From: Dudresnaya verticillata
Taxonomy: Eukaryota
Direction of reading: 5' to 3'
Assembly: GCA_977862235.1 (NCBI GenBank)
Contig: OZ374565.1
Coordinates: forward strand, 2,046,001-2,110,000
Length of the DNA: 64,000 bases
The position numbers and the translations under genes were made by a program. Shown here piece after piece: positions 37,521 to 50,740 of the stretch. Numbering within the stretch: the stretch's first letter is position 1; every line of letters begins with the position of its first letter. The notes beneath the pieces were generated by a model. The model had not been told where the DNA came from and did not search any database. It saw only the letters and a program-made list of their open reading frames with translations.

Positions 37521-38639
37521 TGTCCAAGAAACCTCTCTGTACTGCGTTCGATCCCCACCCTCAAACAGTTGAAACTTCGTCTAAAAAGGCATGTGTGCCT
37601 TCGTGAATTGTGCAAGGCTCTAGGAGATCTTAATGTAACGAGCCTGCAGCTTGTTTGTTCTACTACGTTCGGCTGCTGTCTCGAACAGCTTAGCAGGAAC
37701 CGGAGCTGGCCCCAAGCCTTCGTTGCTGCGATTCCGTCTGTGGAACATCTCGGATTATCGTGCAGCTATATCCCATGCCCCGAGCTTCCAAACACAGATA
37801 TCGCGGCTGCTGTAAACGGTCTCCCTAGTCTACGTAGTTTCGAGACAAGCGCACCCATTGGGGACACATCTCTGCCGTTCATATCCCGACTTGAGAAGGT
37901 AGAGCTACTTGATAGTCCGAATGACTTATCTGTCCCCGAACGCATCGGCAAGGCTCTCACTCAACTGACAGTTCTTAGCCCAACGGCGCTATTTCAGGAC
38001 GAGTTTGAAAGTAAGCGCCTCCGTTCCTGTACAGGACTGAAGAAGTTATGTATCAAGATCAAGATTGGAGCGGAGAGAGGACTACCTTATTCTTTTCCGG
38101 TGTTGGAAGTCCTACAGCTGAGATGGAAACTCGTGGATGACCCAGACAACTTTATATTTCACGGTTTTCCTCCCCTTGTACTGTGCCGTGCGCCAATGGA
38201 ACCGTTGATGCGGCTTTTGCAGAGTTCCCCGCGTGTTCACGAATTGGTCCTTGAGAATGTTTTCTTATCAAGTTCAGCCATAAACGTGATCTTCGCGGCG
38301 TTGGGATCACGCCTGAGAGTGTTTTCGATGACATTGAGCGACACCGTATTTGAGAGAAGCAGCCAGATCCAGGCTCTCCTTAACTCCAGTATGGCCCATA
38401 CTCCTTCACTTCGAAGCATTTCTGCCTCCACTGCTCCGTCTAGAGGTTCAAATGAAGTCGGTCATGTTGTTCAGCCACATTTTGTGGCCATCGTTAAGAA
38501 GCTTCAGCAATCTCTGCTTGTATTTCGTCAGCATTTCCCGGTCGTCAATACCGCGGATCTCGAGTGGCTCCTAGTAATGCTTAGGGCACATTCTGGTTTG
38601 AATACCACTGTTGTTCGCGACCTACCTCCCAACCTGTAG
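37007..38639 (+). pseudogene. F-box-like plus LRR (RNI-like) gene with one frameshift near 37310
   Basis: ORF1 contains HTWFDTLEPEIISRIANSI. ORF2 has leucine-rich repeats (LKQLKLRL, VEHLGLSC, LEVLQLRW) and is collinear with 48006-49544. It has 13 extra bases relative to the 43060-43110 copy. Confidence 0.7.
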
Positions 38640-38954
38640 GCGGAAATTGGCAATATCAACATTGGCGATGATACGAGATCCAGACTGTGCTGAAGTATTA
38701 TGGCCAGTGCAGTACTATGGAAGGTTGTGTTGGACGATTGTCCACAATCTGGTAATGAAGTGCTTTCGAATGAATATTGCCTTTTCCGTTTGGGACGTTT
38801 GTGCCTTGTCGTTGAATAGAGCATACATGCCAGAAATACTGTTTCTTGCATACGGGTTAATTGCAACTCGCATTATTGCCGTAGCCGAACATTTTCCCCT
38901 CAGGTATCCCTGAGGGGAAACCGTCACTGACCATTACCGTTTTTACTACTACAT

Positions 38955-39140
38955 CTTGAATTTGTAGACTACTCTCCAGCTTCGCACGTGCACACACCCG
39001 CGGGACTCGATCCCACGACCTCCATGGCGGACCAAGCAAAAAGAAACCACTAAGCTATTGCCGCTTCAGTGTGGCTTTGCTTGGTGTAGTACTGTGATGC
39101 TCCCTGCTTAAGATCCTACTTCAGTAGGTGTCTGCAAATT
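38955..39140 (-). mobile_element. tRNA-like SINE candidate, copy 1
   Basis: An inverted copy of 62745-62935, with A-box TAGCTTAGTGG and B-box-like GGATCGAGTCC. Confidence 0.6.
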
Positions 39141-42100
39141 AACGTTGAGCTCCTGTCGTTGTTTCAGTAAACTTCCGATCAAAAACAGGCCGAACAGTTG
39201 CAACATCACTTTGAACGAGTCTCGTGAATGTTAATCATTTTGATTGTAGACTTATGCTAAGAATATGCATATAAGTACTGCAGCGACAGTCATATATGAC
39301 TTAATATGGCTTTGGCAAGCTACCATTTCGAAGCTGTCAAACGATTTGCATTGCCCTTTTTGTGGTTCTCGCGGGTTAGGGAGACGTGAGGGAAAGTAAG
39401 GGACGATCCATTAGTGATATCACTGCAAATAGAGAGGACTCTCTGGAATCTTCTCGTGTGTGACTGTGCTGGTAGAATTGCTTCTTCTCACTCGGTTGGC
39501 TGTGAATTTGTGCCACAAGCAGGTTCCCGCAAACCGTTATAACGTCTATCGCTGCACTTGATAGACTTCTGCGCGAACCAATTGGTTGAACAAGCGAGAG
39601 TCTCTTCAGATGTCGAAGAAACGTTTCGGCTGGCACATGATGTAGTATAAGTGTACGGAAGCTGAATTTGCAGAAATCGTCAGCGGCGTCTGTGTCTTTG
39701 TCTTTGTCATTGACAAGTTCCCGTGGGACATAGGAGGCGCATGATTTTCAACCCCGCGAGGCACAAGAAAGATTTACCCTTCCGCTTTGTTCCTGATCTT
39801 CAGGCTCTACAATAATTTCTTCAGTCCGGGCTGGAAGTGAGGCGCTTGGTCTCAATCTCGTCATGATGTATCCCATCATAGCCAAAAACCAGCAATCGCG
39901 TGAGAACCTTGCCGGTGCGTTCAGGACAGGCCCTGGTTTGATCATTGATCATTCGGCCTATCAAGTAGCCCTGCGTTCTCAAGCCTTGATAGGGCCACGA
40001 TTGATCTCTTTCCAAATGGTTGCTCTGGTCGCAAAAATGTGTAGGTATGACATAGTAGGAGGTGGAATTAGCTCACCTGTGAACTCACCAAGATGTCTCT
40101 GTTTGTATGCTCGATGCATGGGACAAAATCTTATGACAATCCGAGATGCTTCATAAACAGAATCGCAGTTGAAGACAAGATACCCAAGTTTAACAGTTTG
40201 AGCTGTTCTCCGGTAGAGCTCTTCCTCCGTTCAATAATTGAAAGGCAGCACAGCGGTGTTCGTCAGAACTGTTGATGCCAGTGCCGATCAAACAAATGGT
40301 TTTTGATATGATAACGCACCTCACGCAGTAATATGATACTGACCTTTGGCTAAAGCATGAGTAAGATCCTGAAAGAATCGCAGACTCTAGAGTTCTGGGT
40401 GAAATGAGAATGATGAGTTGACTGTCAACCTCTAAATACAGAGTTGGAAAGTTTAATACGCCGAAAACTATTTGTATCGTGCTTTCGATAAACCAGCAGC
40501 GCTTTCCAGAAAGACTACTTACGATAGGGGATCGTCTCTACGGAACACATCGAATATCGGGATCGCAAATGAATCTGCTGCTGACGATATGACGGTGCCC
40601 TCGTTGGCGGCCACATTGGGGCACAATGTTGAAACAACAGTAGGCGAAATGAACTGTCCAGAGTCACGATAGAAAGAGTCCCTGTACGTATATTTGGGAC
40701 CTAGTTTCCCGAGTAGGACTGCTCAAAATGAGAAGAAGAAGAAGAAACCTATCGAATCTGGCCTCAAACTCCATTGCTTGAAAGATAACATGTAACACGT
40801 CGGACTCAGCCGGTTTATTGTTTTCGAATTGTCTGGTTACATGCATTGATGAGAATTTAGTATGCTTTGACGATGCCTAGTATCAATGCTTTTCTGCAGT
40901 TAGTTCGATTGCAAGGCATACAGTTGCTGCTATTTGTTCTCCTCTTGAAAATGCAGAGCTGTACCATAGACAGAAAATCCAGCGAGTTACTTGGTCTCCT
41001 CGTTCACTGTCACCTATTCCAGTGGTTGATAAAATTATGTCTACTGGTCTTTACTTTTCTTGTTAGTAGCAATTTCATCATGATCATGATGATGACGATC
41101 ATCATCATTACAACTTTATTGAAACAAGACGAACAGGGGGAAAACATAATGACGTTGTAAGCATCAGGGCCAAGGCGGCCAAAAGACCCCTGTTAGGGTT
41201 CTCGTAATCCCCGTTATCGCTTCCCATTCCCACTCCCCCAGCCATAAAAAGGGCTCCTGGTTTGCTCTTATTTTATTGTCATTGCTAAGGGATACATAGC
41301 CTTAGAACAACTATCGTCTATTGAAAGCTTCTATTACAATACACAAACGGAAATTTATATATCCGTCTTAGTGTCACTTCATCGCAAGCACGAGGGGTTG
41401 CGGTGATGTGTCCATCTACCTATACTCGTAGCATAAATTATATGTTCATTAGTCTAGGCAATTTCCTTGTCTTTACTAAGGACAATAATCAACTGCTTTC
41501 TAGATGATTAAACACATAACGCCTCTTATTTATGTATGTATAACAGGCAATTGTATTGCTACAGGTGCTTCTGATTGTACATCCCCAATGGCGTTGTTCT
41601 AACCCTACACACAGCTGTAGCCTACTCTAATATTACAATCCACCGTTATCGGTATGAGGTCGGCTAGATGTTGTGGTATAGCCAGTAACTGTATAGTAAC
41701 GCAAGAAGTTAGTATTGCAACAACTATGATACACGGTATATAAAAACTAAAAGGGCAGACGAGAATGGACTGCTCGGGACCAAGAACGTACCAAGATCTT
41801 CGACTACACTGCGCACTAGACGCAATATTCTCGACCTGTTCGACTTGGAACTTTGCTGTAGCTACAACCATTGGGAACGACTATCTACTCACGACTGCAC
41901 TCTAGCTTCTTACCTTCTACCGGCTCGAGTTTGTACATCAGTAAACCTGACTATCATTTATATTGGTCTTCACAGGGCGTTCTGCTGAGATTTAGGACGA
42001 GTTATTTTACAAAGAAGATTCACGCCACGATGAGAGCGCAAAGGAAGACTTAAATACTCCTGTGATCCTTCACAGACGGATCCGTTAACGGACACGAAGT

Positions 42101-42783
42101 TCCATCTGAAATGTTCTTACGAAGCTGGAAATTACATTATCTGAAGGCAGCACAATAACTTCACCAAAATTGGTATGGAGTACGGCTTTTTCGGTTTCTC
42201 AAGCCTAACAGCGAGTACACTATTTTATCTATTTTCTCTATTTTCTCTACTGACATTTTTTGTAGCAGTGAGTAGGACTTACGGGACAGGGCGTGGTCTG
42301 AAGGTGAGGAGAAGGAGATGCGTGCGGCTTGCTCAAGCAGTGCGGCATTATTGGCCTTCTTTCTTTTTCTGATCAGCGATTATTGATCGGAAAAGCATTT
42401 TCAGTGTGCGGATGAAAAGGCTCCGCCCCGAAGCGTACATTTTCTTTAAAAGAATGAACGATTCCTCACCCCGACGGTGTTCCGCTGCTTCCACCGTCGA
42501 TGGACTGCTGAAATGATCTGCAATGCCTTCCATTGCGTTCTTCCCGCCTCATCGTCAAGTCGAATAGAAGAGTTCTGTTCAAGAGAGAGGAAGTAACTTT
42601 ATTGAGGAGGTAAAAGGGTTCAAGAAGCAATACTTGTCAAGGTATCCCTCTCTCTCTCTCAAGTTTACGGTCCGCAACCCACTCTTCCCTCATCCGCCTG
42701 AGCTTTATTCTCAACAGCCATTCTGTCAGTTTTCTTCCCCGCTGCATTTTCTGTGTCACCGTTGCCTCTCTTTGTCTCTCCCA

Positions 42784-43270
42784 ATGCCCCGCAATGGAAG
42801 TCGAAGAACTTCCTCAACACAGCCAGCGCCGTCAATAGTGACTCGTTCGCAAGCCGGCAGACTGGCTGCAAGGCAATCCCCCTCCAATTCCCAAGTGGCT
42901 GAATCGCCTACGCCCACCCAACCCGCCGCGATATCTCCCGTCGTCGTACCTCTTTAGCATACCTGGTTCGACGCCCTGGAGCCGGAAATCTCGTCACGCA
43001 CAGAAAATCCATTTTTGGACGCGCCCCATCCTCACTCTCGCTCCTTACGCTCTCATCCTTCTCCGCTGTGGCGCTCACGACGCGTAACGAGGCCCTGAAG
43101 GCTTCCGAGTTTACTCTTAGTGTCGATCTACAGTGGGATATCAAGAATGGACAAGCACTGCTCTCCAACGGTGTCTAATCCCTCAATCTGCCGTCTGTCT
43201 GCCTACAGGTTACAGCTCCCTGTACGGAATTTCAATGCTCCATTCCTCATGAGCGTTGAACTACTGTCGA
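42784..43270 (+). pseudogene. Truncated F-box-like/LRR paralog
   Basis: It starts MPRNGSRRTSS, has a premature TAG before HTWFDALEP and internal deletions, and is cut off by a retroelement at ~43275. Confidence 0.8.
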
Positions 43271-43274
43271 AGAA

Positions 43275-43700
43275 AGAGAGAGAGAGAGGGAACCTTTATA
43301 GATGCAGAAGCTAAAAGGGGGCGCTACTTCCCCTCAGAGGCTAAAGGACCAAGAGACAGGGCAAGCCGACGGCGGTTGGTAGCTAAATATTGATGGCGAA
43401 GCAAATGAGAGATACAACGGATAGTGAGGGCACAACTTTCATCCGAAGCGTTACTGCCCTGGTACTTGGCCGCGTAGGATCCAATGGCTCGAAAAAGGAC
43501 CTGGCGAGCGTCAGTGCCGACAGCACCGCAGGATCAACGCCATGAGTAAGATCACCATAGTGGGCTCGTTTGAGATGTTCACCCGCTAGGGCAGCATCGC
43601 CAGAGTTGCAGGAGGAGGCACGGAGACAATAGACAGCAAAAGCTGCTCTATTTGGTAGCAATGCATTCTAAACCAAGCTGAGCGAACGTTTATCATCAAT
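43275..43700 (-). mobile_element. CRE-like 3' fragment
   Basis: GDAALAGEHLKRAHY matches GAAATLAERPKRAHY of the 17941 element. It ends TATAAAGGTTCCCTCTCTCTCTCTC. Confidence 0.8.
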
Positions 43701-43749
43701 TCGCTTTGGGCCATGCTCCGAATCTGGCCGTCAGTGACTCGGTCGACTC

Positions 43750-44169
43750 TCTAATGACCAGATGGCCGAGGGATCGCCCCTGGGAGACCGTATTGTACAC
43801 TACCTTCTAGTGTGCTTGCACATGGACCAGTCGTTGCCAATGCAAGACCATTTAGACATCTCTGTAACTCAAAACTTCGCATCCAAGAAGGTTTTCTGCT
43901 ATGCGTGCTTTGATTTCCGACGGAAGGGCATGGAACCAGGTATGCTGACCGGGCACGACGACGGGAGATGAAGAGGCGGGTTGGATGGGCGTTGGCGATG
44001 CAGCCACTTGGGAATATGACGCGGCGGGTTGGGTGGGCGTAGGCGATGCAGCCACTTGGGAGTTGGGGGGATATTGGTATTGCCCTGCAGCCAGTCGGCG
44101 GGCTTTCGAGCGAGTCAACACAGACGGAACCAGTGTTGAAGAGGTGGATCGACTTCTTTTGGGAGGCAT
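43750..44169 (-). pseudogene. Inverted, truncated F-box-like paralog
   Basis: MPPKRSRSTSS...HTWFHALPSEIKARIAENLL with an internal duplication of SQVAASPTP(T/I)QPA, then an early stop. Confidence 0.8.
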
Positions 44170-45849
44170 TGGGAGAGACGAGGAAAAGCAACGGTGAAGT
44201 AGGAAAAACCGAGCGGGGAGGGAAAGAGCAAGGATGGCTGTTGTGAATAAAGCTCAGGCGGATGGGCGAAGGGTGAGCTGCGGACCGTAGACTTGAGAGA
44301 GAGGGGGACCTTGACAAGCATTGCTTCTTGAACAGAGCTTTTATGCTCGACTTGACAATGAGCGGGAAGAACACTAAGGACGTCGGTCAACCTGCTGTCG
44401 GCATTACAGAACATTACAGCGGTCCTTCGACTTTGGAAGCCGTCGATGAATCGTCCCTATTTTAAAGAAAATGTACATTTCGGGTCGGCCCCTTTTTATT
44501 CGCGCACTGAAAATGCTTTTCCGGCCAGTAATCACTGATCCGTAAAAAAAGGAAAAGGTGAATAATGCCCGCACTGCTTGTGGTGGCAAACTTTTAATGG
44601 TTGTTTTAGGTGGTCCCGCTCTGGCGACTTAAAGGCCCATGTGCAGGCTTGTGCAAGCTACCAGCAGCTCTTTCACCTGACCTTCATACCACACCCTGTC
44701 TGCAAAGTCCCACCCATTTCTACTAGAAAAAAAGCGAGTAGAAAATTAATGGGCTTGCTGTTAGGCTTGAGACACCGAAAAAGCCGCACTCAAAACCCAT
44801 TTGGGTGAAGTTATAATGCTGCCTTCAGATCTAGTATTTTCGAGTTTCGTAAGAACGTTTCAGACGAAACTTTGCGTCCGATAACGGATCCGTCAGTGAA
44901 GGTTTACAAGAATATTTAACTCTTCCTTTGTAATCTCATCTTGCCAGAAATCTTCTTTGTAAAATAACACGTACTAAATCTCAGCAGAACGCCCTGTGGA
45001 GATCAATACGACGCTTTCTGAGTTTAAAGATCTAGAAAGAAAGCTATTCATTATAGTCCTTTGTGAAGACAAGGAATTTGAACAGACTAATGAATACATA
45101 ATTTATCCCACATATTTATAGGTAGATGGATATATCACCGTAGACTCTCGTGCTTGCTACGAAGTGACACTAAAATGGACATCTAAATCTCTGTTTGTAA
45201 TAGACTTTCGTTGTTCTATGGGTATATATGGCTTAGCACTAGCAATAAAATGATACCACGCCAGGAGGCTTTCATCAAGAAAAAGAAGAATCCTCTATCC
45301 TTATTCCCATTTCGTACATGATCCTCAAAGACTTCAGCAGTTCAGTACTGTACTGGCACCAGCACTCAAGTAATAGATATGACAGCGTGCGCCCCGTGAA
45401 TATTATTTTGTACATCTCCAGGAGCTCCCCAGAAAGCCGTCAAAAGCGAAGTAGTTGAGATCAGCTATGTTACACACGCATCCTTGACAATCCTACCGTT
45501 ACAGGTAAAAAGGCCAAAAATAGGTGGACTCAGTTGGGTACTGCAGCTGGAGAGAGAAGCATGGCAGGTTCTAGAATACTCTATCTAGTCCGGAAGAACG
45601 GAGAAGCGCACGCTTCAATCTGTACTACGCTTAGGAAGGTGACGAAGAAGGGCTTTCCCAACGATTTACCGCAATTGCGAAAAGAGGGAACAGGTTGGCG
45701 GCCACGAGTTACAATGGTCATTCGTAGAAGCATATTTATCATAGAGATAGTGTGCACGAGATACAAAGCCTGAAGCAGATCACAGATTGGATTTGGCTCA
45801 GGAAGTAACAACCTGTCCTATATTTTTGCCAATCGCTGAGCCGCCGATC

Positions 45850-46545
45850 GCAGCGGGTGGAATTCATCAGGCGGCGTGATGTGGAACGAAGACTGCATGG
45901 CCCCCTCCCCTCGGCACATCGCAACGCAGAATTTGCAACTGAGTTGGGCTCGCGCAATGCGTTGCTTTTTTGCAGGGACCAATGCCTACAGACAACCCAG
46001 CGCTATATCCACATTTTGCCAGATGCAACCAAAGAAGTGTTCGCGGCTACTACTGTACTACTCAACTTTGCAGAGTTTTGCAAGAGGCTCCATCAGCACT
46101 GCAACCAAGTAGGATGTCACGTGGGCACAATTCCGCTCTCCAACAAGTGCTGGAACTTCAGCTCCGAGCAGTGCAGGTTGAAAGCTAGAGAATCAGGGAG
46201 CGGACCGGCTACAGTTGAACTGCTATCAGACCAGAAGACATTAGAAGAACTCGTGGGCATGCCCATGTCGTCCATTCGAGAGCTTTCAACTCACAACTTC
46301 ACGAAACATGTCACCCTGACGCCTAAAGCGATTCGCCACGATCCGTCGTTGGAACCCAATACTTACTGCTCAGAAATTATCCTGCTTACCACGCCTCTCT
46401 TCGTTATTTCTAAAATGCGTTGCAATGGCTGTTAACCGACGAAAGCTGGTTGACCTTCGCCTACAGCCCAGTCCTTAATAAGCTTGCTAAGCCCCGTAAG
46501 GGGCCCCCGTAAGGGGCTTTTAGAATTGTGACGAATAAAGTGGTC
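45850..46545 (+). mobile_element. Decayed CRE-like 3' region
   Basis: LKCVAMAVNRRKLVD at ~46410-46455, followed by CCCCGTAAGGGG hairpins and AATAAAGT. Confidence 0.65.
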
Positions 46546-47229
46546 AGCTCCAAAAGCGTTCTATTTTGTTACAGTTTAGGGTGGCCCTGGTCACCTGGGC
46601 ATAGCCGTTGGTCATGATCGCACACCCCTCCGAGTGTCCTCAATCGCTCGGGAGATATAGCGCGGTGTAGATCGGCACATAGAAAGACGGTTAAGATTTG
46701 AAACGAGATTGAGCCGTTCTTCACGCTACCGTTGTGGTGGTGGTGGTGGCTCCGCAAGATAAAGAGCCAGAAGCTTTCGGGGCCGTTTTCGTGGCATGCT
46801 TGTCGATTGCTGTGCGATCACAAGTTGGAGGAATGCACTGCCATGTTTTTTCGATATCGTTCTGTACATACACCTTCATTTTACGGTACAAGGTAACGGC
46901 CATTCTCCTACAGAGGGCGCAGATGCCTTGCACACGAACTGTTCGGAGCTCACGGGCATTTCTCTCGGAGAAACGAAGAGCCAACGATTGAGAACGAGCT
47001 ACAACTTTACGCGTGGCAGATAGAATCGAGGTGACGGACGACACTTTATGTGCGTTGCATTGTCAGTTTCGCTGTGCCCGCCAATGCATGTGGCCACAAC
47101 TACAATTCGGTGAATTGACTCTCCCTCTGCCCTTGAAAGCATGACTACAACAATTCATAGAATTAGTACCGTACTGCAGCATTGGTAGCTAATGCTGGCA
47201 TTCGTGCTGAGTTACTTCAATTGCTTACG

Positions 47230-47680
47230 TAGCTATCAATTCACCAAGTTACAAAACAACAAAAACCCGCGCACTCTGGGGCTCAATAACCCCAAGCCAG
47301 GCAGTTCAACACTCACAATCCACCGTGCTCGGTCACCACTTTCAAGAAGTTTCCAAAGATAAAAAGCCCATCGACAAGTAGAAGCCCAATGCTTTGCGGG
47401 CAGCAGTGATGGATCGGATCGTAGCAGCTGTACCGGCACCGCACGTAGTGACTTGGACAAGGAGGTCCTCTACAGAAGTGCGGATAGAGACACGTGTCAA
47501 CACGCAGACGATCTCCAAACAGGCCGTTGTAGATGAATGCTGACGATGATGGTAGTAACCTGTGGTTCAGCGGTAACAGAATGGCCGATTTCGGTATCGA
47601 CCAGGTCATTACATTCTCGTGCACCCATGTCTCGCAGACATTCAACGCTTTCCGCAGTTCTGTACCAGCGCTGACACGTA
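47230..47680 (-). mobile_element. Decayed LINE RT fragment
   Basis: ELRKALNVCETWVHENVMTWSIPKS resembles the helix after the ADD motif of LINE RTs. Confidence 0.55.
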
Positions 47681-47880
47681 GTGCGGTACATCTTCGGACC
47701 TGGGCGCGAAGCACACATTTATGCATAATCCACTCGTCGGCATCAGCGAAAGAATAATTCTGCCGCCTGTCCGGATACGCGGACGCCATCGACGAGCGCG
47801 ACGGCGTCTGCGACGAGAGAGAACGCATTTGTCAAGGAAATGCGCCGCCTCACTGTTCGCGGCCCGCAGCTCGGCCGAAT
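47680..47880 (+). pseudogene. Degenerate duplicate of the 5' part of the 48006 gene
   Basis: GTGCGGTACATC..GGACC.GGGCGCGAAGCAC...CCGCCTGTCCGGAT...CCATCGACGAG matches 48192-48390. Confidence 0.75.
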
Positions 47881-48005
47881 TTATCCGAAGCTCAGTGGCC
47901 AAAATCGAAGTTTTCTGATGTACCGGTCCGAATAAAAGGATACTCTCCGGTGCTGCCCGACTGCTTGAAGTCCCACGTCTCTCCCACACAGTCGCTCTGA
48001 GGACT

Positions 48006-49544
48006 ATGCCGAACAAGCGCCATCGCCGCGCCGCGTCGACGCCTGAGCCTGCGCCGCCTGCGCCTGCCTCGAAGCGTCTGCGAGCGCGCTCACAAGCGCG
48101 CGCGCGGTCGCCGCCACGCAGCCCGCCTACAAATGTCGCGACGGCGCCGACGTGGTTCGACGCGCTGGATGATCTCCTTCTGTCGAATATTGTGCGGTAC
48201 ATCCGCGGACCGGGGGCGCGAAGCACGCGTTTAAGCTTAACCAACTCGTCTGCATCAATGAAAGGAGCAACCCGCCGCCTGTCCGGATGCTCGGACACCA
48301 TCGACGAGAGCGACGACGCCCGCGAGAAGCTGGAACGAATTTCTCAAGACGTGCGATGCCTCACGGTTTGCGGCTCACAGGTCCGCCTCGTGCCAAGGCT
48401 ATTCAACGCCCCGCAACTTAAGATGGCCATCTTACCGTTTTCGCCCCGCAATCTGGCGGTTCTTCGCGCTGCCCCACAACTCCGTGAGCTCCATCTCAAT
48501 CTGCTCAAACCCGTGTCAAAGCAACAGCTGAGCTCCGCCCTATCGCTTCTCAACGTGGAACGCCTCAGACTCTCCTGCTGTACCGATCCCGGGTGCGCCA
48601 TCTACGATCTCGCCCAAGACAAGTCTAGGCGTGGTGCACTCGCCAAAGCGTGCCCGCGTCTGGTGGATCTCACCCTGGATTGTACTCGTCACAGCTCATG
48701 TGACGCCACTCCTCTTGTTTCCCAGTTTCCAAATCTGCACACGTTTGTGGCAACCGGCTATGTCGGTTGCAGTTCTACCTCGCTCTTCTCGCGAATTGAG
48801 AACGTTAAGCTACTCAACAAAAGATTTCCAAGGCTCTCTGTTGCTGGCATCAGCCCGCCTGTGACAGGTGCGCGCTGTCCCGTGTGTAACGTGGCAGTGC
48901 GTATCGGCCTGGCTCTGAAGAGTCTGCATTGTCTGATGCACAAAAGCAATGGGGCCGATATCGTTCGTCTCCGCGCCTGCTCGCGTCTTAACAGTTTGGT
49001 ACTACGCTTGTGCGGAGGGGCAGAAAGGGCACTGTCGCACTTTTTCCCGGACTTGCGCAGACTTGCACTTTCTTGGAGCTTTGCCTATGACCGAGACCGC
49101 CACAATGCGAACGGACACCTACACTTTATGCTGTACCGGGTGCCGCTTGAGCCGATAATGCAAATTGTGCGAAACGCGGCACACCTTGAGTCGGTGGTGT
49201 TATTGGAAGTGTTCTTGTCAAGTTCCTTAATTGGTGAGCTTCTGCAGGAGCTGGGACCACGTCTGAAGCAGTTCATTATCACCTTGAGCAACTTGAAGCG
49301 CGAGAGACTCAGTCAGCTTGAGACTCTCATCGACGGGTGCATTGAGCACTGCCCATCACTACACACGGTCGGGGTCTTCGGTTGGAGCGAGCCGAGGCGC
49401 TCCCAGCCGTCCACAGATGCCAGCGTGCTTCCTGCAGGCGATGTTAAAACGGTTCGGCAATCGCTGCAGATTTTCCGCCATCGCTTCCCTCGAGTTAACC
49501 CAACAAGTCTCAATGCTCAAGTTGAGAGTTTAGTCACCAATTGA
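48006..49544 (+). CDS. F-box-like plus LRR (RNI-like) protein (512 aa), intact
   Basis: Basic NLS-like N-terminus (PASKRLR), TWFDALDDLLLSNIVRYI, and repeated LxxLxL segments. Paralogous to 37007-38639. Confidence 0.8.
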   Translation: MPNKRHRRAASTPEPAPPAPASKRLRARSQARARSPPRSPPTNVATAPTWFDALDDLLLSNIVRYIRGPGARSTRLSLTNSSASMKGATRRLSGCSDTIDESDDAREKLERISQDVRCLTVCGSQVRLVPRLFNAPQLKMAILPFSPRNLAVLRAAPQLRELHLNLLKPVSKQQLSSALSLLNVERLRLSCCTDPGCAIYDLAQDKSRRGALAKACPRLVDLTLDCTRHSSCDATPLVSQFPNLHTFVATGYVGCSSTSLFSRIENVKLLNKRFPRLSVAGISPPVTGARCPVCNVAVRIGLALKSLHCLMHKSNGADIVRLRACSRLNSLVLRLCGGAERALSHFFPDLRRLALSWSFAYDRDRHNANGHLHFMLYRVPLEPIMQIVRNAAHLESVVLLEVFLSSSLIGELLQELGPRLKQFIITLSNLKRERLSQLETLIDGCIEHCPSLHTVGVFGWSEPRRSQPSTDASVLPAGDVKTVRQSLQIFRHRFPRVNPTSLNAQVESLVTN

Positions 49545-50049
49545 AGTTTTAGAAACTTCTCTACTAGCTTGTACCACGTTTTAATGAGCGTGGGGAACCC
49601 CGAAACCCCAAGAAGACTTCCCTCACTCGCCTGCTGCGCGACAGCATTCAACTAGCTATTTGAGGGCAATGGCATGAACTTTGGGAGAAAATGTTTAGTG
49701 CCTTTCCCTCCCTTCCCACTCCTTCGTGCCTACCTCCTTTTGGTCATCTGCAGAAATGCTGTCGGCTTATGGCTGTAGGTGCGATCAGTAAAGGCGCGCG
49801 AGCTCTATGCTTTTCTACTACACCCTTCGTTTCTACGCCCCATACCAAGAAGAGTATGGAAGCCCTTCACCCTAATCCGGCTTTTCCAGTTCAATACATT
49901 CTTCCAAAGTAGCTTCCAGCTGTATATAACTTCAATGAGGTAGATGCACGACGGGCTCTTAAAAGCCTTCCTATACACAGCTCCCCTAGCCCGGGTGGTT
50001 TCCGTCCACTTCATCTTAGGGCGTTAGCGCATACCCCTGGCGGCTCTGA

Positions 50050-50740
50050 GCCGTCTCACTCCGCCATTATGGCTCTCACAGCCTTTGTCAAAAAATGGTA
50101 AGGGCTCTTTATCTCCTCCATGTTGTGCCTGGTTCGGGAGATGCCTGGCTTCTGAGTCTTCCTAAGCACCCACCATGTCTTTCAGAGCTTCGCCCCATTT
50201 CAATTGGTGGAACTATACGTCGTTTCGTCGGCCACCTCCTGATGAAGCGGATCGGTCAAGACGATGGTATTTGTGACTAACTCCTTCCCCAGTTTGCTGT
50301 TGGCATCCCGCATGGGGCTGAAGCTAGTATTCACGCGATACATGTTTTTGTGGAGTGCAATGTTCAGTAAGACTATGTTGTACCCCCTTAAGATTGATAC
50401 CACAAACGCTTCTAACTGTGTTGAGCGTTTTCATATCCTCACTGAAGTCCTCGGGCGAGCTCCTGGCGTTGCCAAGTTTGTTATCTCCTATTCTCGGCTG
50501 ACCCGTTCTTCTATTTTGGTACTTTTGAGAAGCTCAGTCGGGCGGGTGCATAGCAGGGCGATACTCTGATTGTGCTACTCTCCTCTCTCGCTATTCATCC
50601 CTTGCTCACTAATCTGGTCTCTACGTTCCCATTAATGGAATTTCTTGCTGCATATGCTGATGAAAATCTTGTCGCATTTCTCCGTTCTATTGGTTTCGAT
50701 GTTATCCAGTTTCTCAAGGCCCAAGGTCCCTCAGTCACTG
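50050..50740 (+). mobile_element. Decayed CRE-like RT domain
   Basis: Motifs LRPISIGGTIRR, QFAVGIPHGAEASIH, LKIDTTNASN, SLAIHPLL and AAYADE. Confidence 0.8.

Noticed and set aside
39376..40300. Possible decayed transposase or gene fragments
   Set aside because: Short broken frames with no motif I can name confidently.
41600..41880. LTR-like insertion in the duplicated upstream region
   Set aside because: It appears to be extra sequence, but I could not fix TG...CA termini with a target duplication.
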